Below, one piece after another: positions 55,316 to 64,000 of a stretch of 64,000 nt of DNA. The stretch comes from Paractinoplanes brasiliensis (GTDB lineage: Bacteria > Actinomycetota > Actinomycetes > Mycobacteriales > Micromonosporaceae): assembly GCF_004362215.1 (NCBI RefSeq), contig NZ_SNWR01000001.1:2255944-2319943 (forward strand). The letters run 5' to 3'. The notes under the pieces were generated by a model. It was not told where the DNA came from, did no database searches, and worked only from the letters and a program-made list of their open reading frames with translations. Made by a program: the position numbers and the translations under genes. Every line of letters starts with the position of its first letter. Position 1 is the first letter of the stretch.

Positions 55316-56332
55316 ATGAACATGCCGGCACGCGGCGCCTACAACTGGACCGACGCCCCGCCGGCCTCGGCCGGTCCCATCGAGAAGGTGCTCTACGAGG
55401 TCAAGAAGTCCATCGTGGGCCAGGACATGCTGCTCGAACGGCTGCTCGTGGCGTTGCTCGCGCGCGGGCACATCCTGGTCGAAGGCGTGCCCGGCCTGGC
55501 CAAGACGCTGGCGGTGAAGTCGCTGGCGGAGGCGATCGGCGGCGACTTCCACCGGGTGCAGTTCACGCCCGACCTGGTGCCGGCCGACATCGTGGGCACC
55601 CGCGTCTATCACCAGCCGACCGGCGAGTTCCAGGTGCAGCTCGGGCCGGTCTTCACCAACCTGCTGCTCGCCGACGAGATCAACCGCGCCCCGGCCAAGG
55701 TGCAGTCGGCGCTGCTCGAGGTCATGCAGGAACGGCAGGTGACGATCGGCCGCGAGACCCACCGGGTGCCCAACCCGTTCCTGGTCATGGCCACGCAGAA
55801 CCCGATCGAGACCGAGGGCACCTATCCGCTGCCCGAGGCGCAGACCGACCGTTTCATGATGAAGGTGCTCGTCGGTTATCCCAGCGCGACCGAGGAGTTC
55901 GTCGTCGTCGAACGGGCGCTCGGCCCGGCCGCGGTCATCCAGCGCATCATCGACCCGGAGACGCTGGCAGGGCTGCAGGAGGAAGCCGATCGGGTGTACG
56001 TGGACCCGTCGCTGATCGAGTTCGCGGTGCAGCTCGCGCACGCCACCCGCGACCCGGCCCGCATCGGCCTGACCGACCTGGCCCGCTACGTGACCTTCGG
56101 AGCGAGCCCACGGTCGTCGATCAGCCTGGTGCTGGCCGCCCGGGCGCTCGCGTTCATCAGGGGACGTGAGTACGCCGTACCGGAGGATCTGACCGACCTT
56201 GTTCTGGATGTGATGCGACACCGGCTCGTGCTGTCGTACGAGGCGCTCTCGGACGATGTCACGGCCGACTCGATCCTGCAGAAGGTGCTGGCCAACGTGG
56301 CGATCCCGGAGCCGGCGGGCCGGGGCCGCTGA
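55316..56332 (+). CDS. moxR: MoxR-family AAA+ ATPase
   Basis: Walker A GVPGLAKT, Walker B LLADEINR, sensor ATQNP, and LPEAQTDRF. Confidence 0.9.
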   Translation: MNMPARGAYNWTDAPPASAGPIEKVLYEVKKSIVGQDMLLERLLVALLARGHILVEGVPGLAKTLAVKSLAEAIGGDFHRVQFTPDLVPADIVGTRVYHQPTGEFQVQLGPVFTNLLLADEINRAPAKVQSALLEVMQERQVTIGRETHRVPNPFLVMATQNPIETEGTYPLPEAQTDRFMMKVLVGYPSATEEFVVVERALGPAAVIQRIIDPETLAGLQEEADRVYVDPSLIEFAVQLAHATRDPARIGLTDLARYVTFGASPRSSISLVLAARALAFIRGREYAVPEDLTDLVLDVMRHRLVLSYEALSDDVTADSILQKVLANVAIPEPAGRGR

Positions 56333-56333
56333 C

Positions 56334-57218
56334 ATGGCCTCCCCCTCGGACAGGCTGCTGCGGCGCCTCGAGTGGCGGCTCGGCCGTCGCCTCGACGGAC
56401 GGTTGCAGGGCAATTACCGCACGGTGTGGCACGGCGCCGGCGTCGACTTCACCGACCTGCGGTTGTATGCGGCCGAGGACGACGTACGGCATATCGACTG
56501 GAACGTCACCGCGCGGCTCGACGAACCGCACGTGCGGCAGTACACCGAGGACCGCGAGCTCACCGCGTGGCTGGTGATCGACCGGTCCGCGTCCATGCGA
56601 TTCGGGAGCGGCGCGGGCAAGGAGTCGACCGCCACCGAGCTGGCCGTGAGCATCGCGCGGCTGATCTCGCGGGGCGGCAACCGGGTCGGGGCGATCCTGT
56701 TCGACAACCTCAGCCACCAGGTGATCCCGCCGCGCGCCGGCCGCGACCAGGTCCTGCGGATCACCCGCGAGTTGCTGCTCCCCGCCCCCAAGGCCAAGCC
56801 GGGCCGCACCACCGACCTGTCGGAGATGCTCCGCCTGGCCGCGGCGACCACAGCGAAACGCCGCAGCCTGGTCTTCGTGATGAGCGACTTCATCGGCGAG
56901 CCCGGCTGGGACAGGCCGCTCGCCCGGCTCAACCACCGGCACGAGGTCGTGGTGATCCGCGTGGTCGACCCGGCCGAGGTCGTGCTCCCCGACTTGGGCG
57001 TGATCCTGGTCGAGGACGCCGAGACCGGCGAGCAGCTGCTGGTCGACACGAGTGACCCGTTGCTGCGGGACCGGCTGGCCGATCAGACGGCGGCCCGCGA
57101 GGAGGAGCTGGCCGCCGGCATGCGCCGGGCCGGAGTCGGCGCCCAGCGGGTCACCACCGATCAGGACCTGATGGCGGTGCTGGTCGACATGGTCGGCCGT
57201 TCGGGCCGGAGGCGTTGA
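56334..57218 (+). CDS. DUF58 domain protein (MoxR partner)
   Basis: Conserved YxxGDDxRxIDW (YAAEDDVRHIDWNVTAR) and a VWA-like core; sits between MoxR and VWA genes. Confidence 0.8.
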   Translation: MASPSDRLLRRLEWRLGRRLDGRLQGNYRTVWHGAGVDFTDLRLYAAEDDVRHIDWNVTARLDEPHVRQYTEDRELTAWLVIDRSASMRFGSGAGKESTATELAVSIARLISRGGNRVGAILFDNLSHQVIPPRAGRDQVLRITRELLLPAPKAKPGRTTDLSEMLRLAAATTAKRRSLVFVMSDFIGEPGWDRPLARLNHRHEVVVIRVVDPAEVVLPDLGVILVEDAETGEQLLVDTSDPLLRDRLADQTAAREEELAAGMRRAGVGAQRVTTDQDLMAVLVDMVGRSGRRR

Positions 57219-58175
57219 GTGAGCTTCCTCCATCCGGCCCTGCTCGCGGTCGCCGTGCTGGTCACGGTGGCGGCCGTGGCGGCGTACGGGAATCTGCAGA
57301 GGCGACGGACCGCGGCGATGCGCCAGGCCGGGTTCGCGCCCCAGAACGCGTGGCGCAGGCACCTCCCGTACGGGCTGATCCTGCTGGCTCTTCCGGTTCT
57401 GCTCGTGGGGCTGGCCCGGCCGCAGGCTGAGGTCACGACGCCGCGCGTGTCGGGGACCGTGCTGCTGGCGTTCGACGTGTCGAACAGTATGCGCGCCGAC
57501 GACGTGGCGCCCTCCCGGCTCGCCGCGGCCCAGACGGCGGCGACCAGGTTCGTCGAGGAGCAGCCGCGCACGGTCGACGTGGGGGTGCTCGTCTTCGGCG
57601 ACCAGGCGCTGTTGACCCAGGCCCCGACCGACGACCACGACGCCGCGCTGGCGGCGATCGGGCGGCTGTCGGCCGGCGGCGGCACCTCGCTCGGGCAGGC
57701 CATTCTGGTCGGGCTGGGCACGATCACCGGCAAGCCGGTCGCGCTGCCCGCGGAGGGCGCGCCCGCGCCTGATCTGGGCTACTGGCCGTCGGCGACGATC
57801 GTGGTGTTCTCCGACGGGCAGGAGACCGGCGGGCCCGACGTCGGGGCGGCCGCCGAGCTGGCCGCGGCCGCGGGCGTACGCATCCAGGCCGTGGGCGTGG
57901 GAACCGAGCGCGGCGGAACCGTTGAGGTGGACGGGTTCCAGCTCGGCACGGCGCTTGACGCGTCGCTGCTCACGGCCGTGGCGCAGACGACCGGGGGCGC
58001 GTACCTGCCGGCCGGCGACGCGGACACGCTGACCGACACCACCAAGTCGATCGACCTGCGGCTGACCGCCAAGAAGGAGCCGCTCGAACTGACCGCGCCG
58101 TTCGCCGGCGCCGCCCTGCTGCTGCTCATGCTGGGCGCCGTGCTCGGCACCCGCTGGCACGGAAGGATCGTCTGA
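57219..58175 (+). CDS. VWA-domain membrane protein (BatA-like)
   Basis: N-terminal TM then VWA with MIDAS DxSxS (LLAFDVSNSM); C-terminal TM. GTG start overlaps the DUF58 stop. Confidence 0.8.
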   Translation: MSFLHPALLAVAVLVTVAAVAAYGNLQRRRTAAMRQAGFAPQNAWRRHLPYGLILLALPVLLVGLARPQAEVTTPRVSGTVLLAFDVSNSMRADDVAPSRLAAAQTAATRFVEEQPRTVDVGVLVFGDQALLTQAPTDDHDAALAAIGRLSAGGGTSLGQAILVGLGTITGKPVALPAEGAPAPDLGYWPSATIVVFSDGQETGGPDVGAAAELAAAAGVRIQAVGVGTERGGTVEVDGFQLGTALDASLLTAVAQTTGGAYLPAGDADTLTDTTKSIDLRLTAKKEPLELTAPFAGAALLLLMLGAVLGTRWHGRIV

Positions 58176-59242
58176 TGTCGTTCAGCTGGCCGTGGGCCCT
58201 GACCGCCTTGCTCGCGGTTCCGCTGCTGCTGGCGATCCGCTGGTGGCTCAACCGCCGGCGCAAGCGTTCGGCGGTCACGGTGTCGAGCGTGGCGCTGATC
58301 CGGGCCGCGCTGCCGGGCCGTACGTCGTGGCGCCGCCGCATCCCGGTCGTCCTGTTCCTGGCCGGGTTGCTGTCGCTCGGGTTCGCGCTGGGCCGGCCCG
58401 AGGCGTCGGTGTCGGTGCCGTCGAACAGCACGTCGGTGCTGCTGGCGATCGACGTGTCGGGGTCGATGTGCTCGACCGATGTACAGCCCAACCGATTCAC
58501 GGTGGCGACCGACGCGGCCCGGGACTTCATCCGCGAACAACAGGACGGCACCCGGATCGGGCTGGTCGCGTTCTCCGGCATCGCGGGCCTGCTGGTCGCG
58601 CCGACCACCGACAAGGATTCACTGCTCGACGCCATCGACACCCTGCGGACAGCCCGGGGAACGGCCATCGGCCAGGCGATCCTGACGTCGATCGACGCGA
58701 TCGCGGAGAGCAACCCGCGGGTCGCCAAGACGGGCGTCGACCTGAGCACCCCGCCGGGGCAGCCGGGTGACTTCGAGCCGGACACGATCGTCGTGCTCAC
58801 CGACGGCTCGAACACCACCGGCGTCGACCCGGTGACCGCGGCCGAGCAGGCAGCGGCCCGGCGGGTGCGCGTCTACACGATCGGCTTCGGCACCACCCAG
58901 CCGGCGCCGATGGTGTGCACGGCCGACCAGATCGGCGGCGACTCCCCGTTCGGCGGCGGCCGGGCATGGGGCGGTGGTCGCGGCGGCGGGCCCAACCTGC
59001 AGATCGACGAGGAGGCGCTGACCCAGGTGGCCGACACGACCGGCGGGCGTTACTTCCGGGCCGAGGACGCCGACCAGCTGGTGGACGTCCTGACCGACCT
59101 GCCGCGCGAGTTCAACCTGCGCGAGCAGGAGGTCGAGGTCACGTTCTGGTTCGTCCTGGCGGCGTCCCTGTTCGTCGTGACAGCGGTCGGCCTCAGCCTC
59201 TGGTGGAACCGGCCGGCGTCCTACAAGCCGCCCTCCAAGTAG
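58175..59242 (+). CDS. VWA-domain membrane protein (BatB-like)
   Basis: MIDAS LLAIDVSGSM; N- and C-terminal TM helices. TGATG overlap with the upstream gene. Confidence 0.8.
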   Translation: MSFSWPWALTALLAVPLLLAIRWWLNRRRKRSAVTVSSVALIRAALPGRTSWRRRIPVVLFLAGLLSLGFALGRPEASVSVPSNSTSVLLAIDVSGSMCSTDVQPNRFTVATDAARDFIREQQDGTRIGLVAFSGIAGLLVAPTTDKDSLLDAIDTLRTARGTAIGQAILTSIDAIAESNPRVAKTGVDLSTPPGQPGDFEPDTIVVLTDGSNTTGVDPVTAAEQAAARRVRVYTIGFGTTQPAPMVCTADQIGGDSPFGGGRAWGGGRGGGPNLQIDEEALTQVADTTGGRYFRAEDADQLVDVLTDLPREFNLREQEVEVTFWFVLAASLFVVTAVGLSLWWNRPASYKPPSK

Positions 59243-59697
59243 AGGGGATGGCCGGCGGCGCGGGCCCGCTGGGCGGCGGTCATGCGACGGGCCAGCGGCG
59301 GCGAGAGCAGCGTGGCGGCCTCGGCGCCGGTGCACCAGCGATGGCTCTTCAGCTCGTCGGCGGGCAGTGTGATGCGCTCGGCCTGCTCGGCGGGCAGCAC
59401 GCCGGCGTCGAAGACCAGCATCAGCCCGTCGGGGCGGCCGGGCTGGTCGGGGCGGGGCGGTGACCAGTCGATGACCAGCAGGTCGGTCACGGGTACGACC
59501 AGGCCGAGCTCTTCCAGCAGTTCACGCTGGACGCCCGTACGCGGGGACTCGCCAGCCTCGACCACCCCACCCGGAATCTCCCAGTTGTCCTTGTACGTGG
59601 GCTCGACCACGAGGAACCGGCCGGCGTCGTCGGTGAGCAGCGCGCCGGCGCCGACCAGCTTCGTGGGCAGATGGGTCCAGAAATCACCCAATGTCAT
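59221..59697 (-). CDS. NUDIX hydrolase, paralog of 6017..6502
   Basis: Nudix box GGVVEAGESPRTGVQRELLEELGL. About 60% core identity to the first NUDIX gene. Confidence 0.8.
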   Translation of the reverse strand: MTLGDFWTHLPTKLVGAGALLTDDAGRFLVVEPTYKDNWEIPGGVVEAGESPRTGVQRELLEELGLVVPVTDLLVIDWSPPRPDQPGRPDGLMLVFDAGVLPAEQAERITLPADELKSHRWCTGAEAATLLSPPLARRMTAAQRARAAGHPLYLEGGL

Positions 59698-60061
59698 GGG
59701 ACGACGGTATCCCCCGGGCCGAACCGCGGGCTGCTTCCACGGGGTAGCGCCGGCCCGCCTCCTCCAGCTTTTCCACCGCCGCCTCGACCAGGTCGATGCC
59801 GAGCACGTCGGCCAGCCGTACGAGGTAGATGGTCACGTCCCCGATCTCGGCGCGCACCCGTGGCCCGAGCTCAGGGTCGCTCATCACCGCGCTCGCCTGT
59901 TCGGGGGTGAGCCATTGCAGCTCGGCCAACAACTCCCCCACCTCGCCGCCGAGGGCCATGGCCAGATTCTTGGGCGTGTGAAAGCGTTCCCACTCCCGCT
60001 CCCGGGCAAAGGCACGTACGTGTTCGGTCAGCTCACCAAGAGAAGAAGCCACGCCCAACAC
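59684..60061 (-). CDS. MazG-like nucleotide pyrophosphohydrolase domain protein
   Basis: EExxE-type all-alpha NTP-PPase pattern LGGEVGELLAELQW...IGDVTIYLVRLADVLGIDL. Confidence 0.6.
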   Translation of the reverse strand: MLGVASSLGELTEHVRAFAREREWERFHTPKNLAMALGGEVGELLAELQWLTPEQASAVMSDPELGPRVRAEIGDVTIYLVRLADVLGIDLVEAAVEKLEEAGRRYPVEAARGSARGIPSSHDIG

Positions 60062-60329
60062 CTACCAGAGCGGCCGTCGTAAACGGAACGTCACCACCGT
60101 CCTCGGCAATAGGTGGCGCGATCGACGGCTACCGAGAGTGCCGACAGGCGGGCGCGCAGTGGTGAAGGCGCGCCCTGTCACTCCGCTTGCGCCACACTAC
60201 TTTCCGATATCCAGCCAGGAAAAAGCACTGATCATCGATCTTCGGAGAAGAACGTGCCCGAGGCGACGTCAACATCGGCATCGTCCCACGGACAGTAGTC
60301 ATCAGGGGTGAAACTGACCAAGGGGGAAG

Positions 60330-60623
60330 GTGCGAGGGATGCTGACGGAGTCGCTCTCTGAATACGGAGTGGTGGCGCTGGCTCTCGGTCTCGCCGGCGC
60401 GGCAGCGGGGCTGGCACGAACGTTCATTACACATCGGACACGGTTGAGGGAGGAACAAGAGGCGTCTGTCCGGACTACGGCCCGGATGACCGGACTGATC
60501 GGGCTGGCCGCGGCACATCACAAGGATCTTCGGATCATGGAGCGGGATCGCGACGGGCACCGCGTGGTCGAGCTGGGTAGGTCGAGAGTCCCGGCCACCG
60601 CCGAGCACAAGGAGACGGCGTGA
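60330..60623 (+). CDS. small hypothetical membrane protein preceding the ECF sigma gene
   Basis: One hydrophobic helix. Its stop overlaps the GTG start of the downstream sigma gene. Coding is uncertain. Confidence 0.3.
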   Translation: MRGMLTESLSEYGVVALALGLAGAAAGLARTFITHRTRLREEQEASVRTTARMTGLIGLAAAHHKDLRIMERDRDGHRVVELGRSRVPATAEHKETA

Positions 60624-61240
60624 ACGCGGTGGAGGGTTCGGCCGCCCTGACTCCGGCACCCGACGGGACGGAGGGACCGGAAGCCGACGCCGAGCGCCTT
60701 GCGGCACAGCACAAGCAGGAGTTCGAGGGCTTCGCCAAGAAGAGCTATCACCAGGCCGAGCGGGTCCTTCGAGCCGGCTGCTCCGATCGGCAGACTGTCG
60801 AGGACGCCCTTCACGACGCCTACCTGCACGCACGCGTGAAGTGGGAGAAGCTGCGGGACTACGACAAGCCGATCGGGTGGGTGATCAAGACCGCGCGGAA
60901 CAAGATACTCAAGGAGCACACGCGCAGTCGTCGCGAGGCCGCAACGGCGCCGCACGAGCTACCGGCGACGTCGACCGCCGATGTCGCCGACTCCCACGGG
61001 GCTCAGGATGCCCTCAACCGCTGGCTGCAGCGCATTCCCCCTCGCCACGCCGAGGTCTTTCAGATGACGCAGGAGGTCTTTACCGACCAGCAGATCGCCG
61101 ACACGCTCGGTATCGCCGAGCGCAGCGTCCACCACTACCGAGCCCTTGCCTTGAAGCGCCTGCGCGAGCTGGCCGCGGCGGACGGGTTCACCACACCGTG
61201 CCGGAGCCCGCGCGAAGGAGGCGACCGTGGACCTCGATGA
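60620..61240 (+). CDS. ECF-type sigma-70 family sigma factor
   Basis: Region 2 (DALHDAYLHARVKWEKL) and region 4 (FTDQQIADTLGIAERSVHHYRALALKRLRE). Confidence 0.75.
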   Translation: MNAVEGSAALTPAPDGTEGPEADAERLAAQHKQEFEGFAKKSYHQAERVLRAGCSDRQTVEDALHDAYLHARVKWEKLRDYDKPIGWVIKTARNKILKEHTRSRREAATAPHELPATSTADVADSHGAQDALNRWLQRIPPRHAEVFQMTQEVFTDQQIADTLGIAERSVHHYRALALKRLRELAAADGFTTPCRSPREGGDRGPR

Positions 61241-63134
61241 CATCCTGGCGCTTGCCAAGTCACATGAGCCAAGCCCGCTGGAGCTGGCCCGCGCCCGCCG
61301 CGTGGCCCGGGCCGCCGAGGTCGCCTACCGTTCAGCGGTAGCCGAGGGACACGAGATTGTCGTCGACACGGACGTGGCCGAGTCCGCCGCCGAAGACCAC
61401 GACGAGTCCGCGCGGATCGCCCGTGCCGCGCAGTTGGCTCAGCTGGGTGTCATCACACTGACCATCGGCTCCGGGCGTAGCAACCGGTTCGACCACCTCG
61501 CCCTGTCGGACCAGATGGCGATGATTCTCGGACGCGCACCGGGAGCACTTCATCCGACTCCGCAGTCGCTTCTCGACATGATCCATCCCTCGGACCTCGA
61601 GTCCTTCCAGCATGCGGTCGAAACGGCATGGAAGAGGTGTGAGCCGGATGAGCTCACCTTCCGGGTGTTCCAGGCGAACGGTGGGGTCTGCTACCTGCAC
61701 TGTCACATCGAGGTCTTCGACAAGGGCGAGTCGCCGGTCGGGGTCATCCTGACCGGCGAGGATGTGACGGTTCTCGAACTCGCCCGTCAGGAACGTGCCC
61801 GGCTCGCCATCCGCAGCCAGATGCTCTGTGACGACGTCGCGGCCGCGGACCTCGTCACCGGTCTGCCGACTCGTGGCTACTTCATCGACGAGGTCGACCG
61901 AGCCCGCCGCACGGGAGGCGGCGCTGTCGCCGTCGTGGCGGCCGAGCCTGCCACTCGCTTGCCGGCCAAGGGCAGCGATGCTGATCACGATCGGCTGGCG
62001 GCTTCCATCGCCCGGCTCTTGCGCACCGCCGCAGGAACGGACGTGACATGCGGTCTGGCCGGTCCTGGACTCTGGGGAGTACTGCTCCCGGGGGCCGACG
62101 GGCAGTCCGCGGAGGTCATGGCGTACGAGGTGGTGGACACCTTCCGGCGTTACCTGTTCGCCTGCGCGCGGGGAACGGTGCGTCTCAACGCTTGGGCCGG
62201 AGTGGTGCGCTTCGAGGCGGGACGCACAGACACCGGCTTCGACCTGCTGATCGACGGCGAGGAGGCCGCGCGCGCGGCTCGTCGCAGAGGCGCGGCCGTT
62301 CACGTTCTCGAAGAACCCGTCGCGGCTGAGGTGCGGACAGAACAGTGCCGAGCCTCGGTGCGGGAGACGGTGGCGAAGGATCGGTTCGCGCTGTTCGCGC
62401 AGCCCATCGTCGACCTTGCGTTGAACAAGGTCACCCGGCATGAGATCCTCCTGCGGGTACGGGACGAGGCAGGCGGGCACAAGGCGCCCTGGGCCTTTCT
62501 CGACATGGCTGAACGCGTTGGCGAGATCCTCACTGTCGACCGGTGGGTCATCGATCATGCGTTGCAGCTCATCGGTCAGAGCGCGCAGACGTCGCACTAT
62601 CAGATCAACGTCTCCGGTCAGTCCCTGTCCGACCCCGGCCTACTGGGTTATGTGTCAGAGGCGATCCGCCGTCACAACGTGCGGCCCGAGTGCCTGACCT
62701 TTGAGATCACCGAGACCGCGCTCCTTGAGAACCGCAATGCGGCTCTGGCTTTCGCCACGGGGATCCGGCTGGTGGGTTGCCGGCTGGCATTCGACGACTT
62801 CGGCACCGGCAACGCCGCTCTCGCCTCGCTCAAGCACTTCCCCGTCGACCTCGTCAAGATCGACGGAACGTTCGTAGTCGGTCTTCGGGAGTCGCCGACC
62901 GATCAGGCGTTCGTGTCGACGCTGGTGAGCCTGTGCCATGCGCTTGGGATCCAGGTGGCCGCCGAATTCGTTCAGGACGAGGCGACCCTCGCACTTCTTA
63001 CGCGCTACGGCGTGGATTTCGCGCAGGGCTACGAGTGTGGGCGGCCTACGCCGTTGGCGGCAGGCCTGTGTCACAAGGGTGAGTCGATCGAGCTGGAGCT
63101 GCGCCTCCCGGAGCAACGACTTGCCTCTGGCTAG
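61227..63134 (+). CDS. PAS / degenerate GGDEF / EAL domain protein (c-di-GMP phosphodiesterase)
   Basis: PAS (LLDMIHPSDLESFQHAVETAW), a GGDEF-like region lacking the GG(D/E)EF motif, and EAL motifs ALFAQPIVDL, EITETALLEN, DDFGTG, KIDGTFV. Confidence 0.8.
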   Translation: MDLDDILALAKSHEPSPLELARARRVARAAEVAYRSAVAEGHEIVVDTDVAESAAEDHDESARIARAAQLAQLGVITLTIGSGRSNRFDHLALSDQMAMILGRAPGALHPTPQSLLDMIHPSDLESFQHAVETAWKRCEPDELTFRVFQANGGVCYLHCHIEVFDKGESPVGVILTGEDVTVLELARQERARLAIRSQMLCDDVAAADLVTGLPTRGYFIDEVDRARRTGGGAVAVVAAEPATRLPAKGSDADHDRLAASIARLLRTAAGTDVTCGLAGPGLWGVLLPGADGQSAEVMAYEVVDTFRRYLFACARGTVRLNAWAGVVRFEAGRTDTGFDLLIDGEEAARAARRRGAAVHVLEEPVAAEVRTEQCRASVRETVAKDRFALFAQPIVDLALNKVTRHEILLRVRDEAGGHKAPWAFLDMAERVGEILTVDRWVIDHALQLIGQSAQTSHYQINVSGQSLSDPGLLGYVSEAIRRHNVRPECLTFEITETALLENRNAALAFATGIRLVGCRLAFDDFGTGNAALASLKHFPVDLVKIDGTFVVGLRESPTDQAFVSTLVSLCHALGIQVAAEFVQDEATLALLTRYGVDFAQGYECGRPTPLAAGLCHKGESIELELRLPEQRLASG

Positions 63135-63179
63135 GGAACAGGCGGGTGGCCCGGGGGAGCAGCCGGGCCACGCCGGAAG

Positions 63180-64000
63180 TCAGGGAGCGATGACGGTGCG
63201 GAGTGGGGGGAAGCCGTTGAAGCCGACGGCTGAGTACGTCGCGGTGTACGCGCCTGTTCCGTGGATACGGATCACCTCGCCGGCCGCCAGGTCCAGCGGG
63301 AGATCGTACGGGGCGTGCTGGTAGAGGATGTCGACGCTGTCGCACGTCGGGCCGGCCAGGATCACGGGGCCGGTCGGGCCGCCGCGGGTGGTGGACAGTT
63401 CGTACTGGATGGCCTCGTCCTCGGTTTCGGCCAGGCCGCCGAACCGGCCCACGTCGAGGTAGACCCAGCGCGGCTCGGCGTCGTCGTAGGACTTGCGGGC
63501 GACCAGCACGACCTGGGTGTGCAGCACCCCGGCGGGTGCGGCGACGTAGCGGCCCGGCTCGATCATGAGCGCGGGCGCGCGGTGCCCGAAGTGCCGGCGG
63601 ACGGCGTCGTCGATGGCGGAGGCGAAGGCCGTGATCGGTGCGACGGGGGTGCGGTAGGGCACCGGGAAGCCGCCGCCCGCGTTGAGGATCCGCAGCGTGA
63701 TGCCGGATTGTTCGAGCACCTTGAAGATCCAGGCGGCGGTGGCGATGGAGGGTTCCCACCGGTCGGGGTGCAGTTGCTGCGACCCCACGTGGAAGGCGAT
63801 GCCCGCGGGGTCGAGACCGCGCAGCGCGGCCACCTTCATGAGCTCGGCTGCCATTTCGGGCACGCACCCGAATTTGCGGGAGAGCGGCCATCGCGCGCCG
63901 TCGCTCGACGCGAGGATGCGGCACAGCACCGACGAGCCGGGGGCATGCCGCACGATCTTGTCCAGTTCACCCTCGCTGTCGAAGGCGAACATCCGCACCC
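63180..64000 (-). CDS. type III PLP-dependent decarboxylase (ornithine/diaminopimelate/arginine decarboxylase family), 5'-partial at the window edge
   Basis: C-terminal beta-barrel region with the motifs EPGRY and GAYT. The reading frame continues past position 64000. Confidence 0.75.
   Translation of the reverse strand, partial: VRMFAFDSEGELDKIVRHAPGSSVLCRILASSDGARWPLSRKFGCVPEMAAELMKVAALRGLDPAGIAFHVGSQQLHPDRWEPSIATAAWIFKVLEQSGITLRILNAGGGFPVPYRTPVAPITAFASAIDDAVRRHFGHRAPALMIEPGRYVAAPAGVLHTQVVLVARKSYDDAEPRWVYLDVGRFGGLAETEDEAIQYELSTTRGGPTGPVILAGPTCDSVDILYQHAPYDLPLDLAAGEVIRIHGTGAYTATYSAVGFNGFPPLRTVIAP

Noticed and set aside
1-64000. CRISPR arrays, rRNA genes, insertion sequences or transposases
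   Set aside because: No regularly spaced direct repeats, rRNA-like conserved stretches, transposase motifs (DDE) or terminal inverted repeats were seen anywhere in the window.

Overview
High-GC (about 70%) actinomycete chromosomal segment, probably Micromonosporaceae or Streptomyces-like, with about 60 protein-coding genes and one tRNA-Lys(CTT) gene. All calls come from reading the six-frame translations and the DNA by eye; no searches were run.

The window divides into four broad regions:
- Positions 1-5.7 kb carry cell-envelope and lipid genes: FabH, a stand-alone MHYT membrane sensor, a lipoprotein, and two tandem paralogous L,D-transpeptidase lipoproteins.
- Positions 5.7-27 kb follow the tRNA-Lys gene and look accessory. 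They contain a Pif-like NUDIX gene, a truncated replication-relaxation (Replic_Relax) gene remnant, a phosphotransferase, an ABC-2 exporter with a divergent OmpR-type two-component system, an O-methyltransferase, an SGNH hydrolase, two tandem polyprenol-phosphate-mannose-type GT-C glycosyltransferases and an orphan radical SAM enzyme with an N-terminal extension. Also in this region is a tightly coupled minus-strand operon: an EACC1-like small protein, a caspase-like protease fused to a YqgE/AlgH (DUF179) domain, a large SIR2-like (TTNID / HLHG) protein with an uncharacterised C-terminal half, and a 132-aa helical protein. An AT-rich promoter region and a low-GC small secreted-protein gene lie next to this operon.
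- Positions 27-43 kb contain a NarL-type two-component system, a membrane fatty-acid desaturase, a translationally coupled NfeD-flotillin-giant (1610 aa) AAA_5 ATPase operon, an SRPBCC protein, and an AraC regulator divergent from a 1111-aa secreted discoidin/CARDB/beta-helix glycoside hydrolase.
- Positions 43-64 kb contain DUF2243 and a CtaG-like gene, an SGNH lipase, three ECF sigma-factor modules (one next to a PAS-GGDEF-EAL protein), a YVTN beta-propeller protein, a PucR-like regulator, an S1 protease, a MoxR-DUF58-VWA-VWA (Bat-like) operon, a NUDIX plus MazG-like pair, and a partial PLP-dependent decarboxylase.

The most notable candidate for an undescribed system is the EACC1 / caspase-DUF179 / SIR2 operon, which looks like a dual-effector (proteolysis plus NAD depletion) conflict or antiphage system. 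The flotillin-linked giant AAA_5 ATPase is the second.

Coordinates derived from the ORF track should be exact. Coordinates read directly from the sequence lines (tRNA, palindromes, hairpins) may be off by 1 nt.
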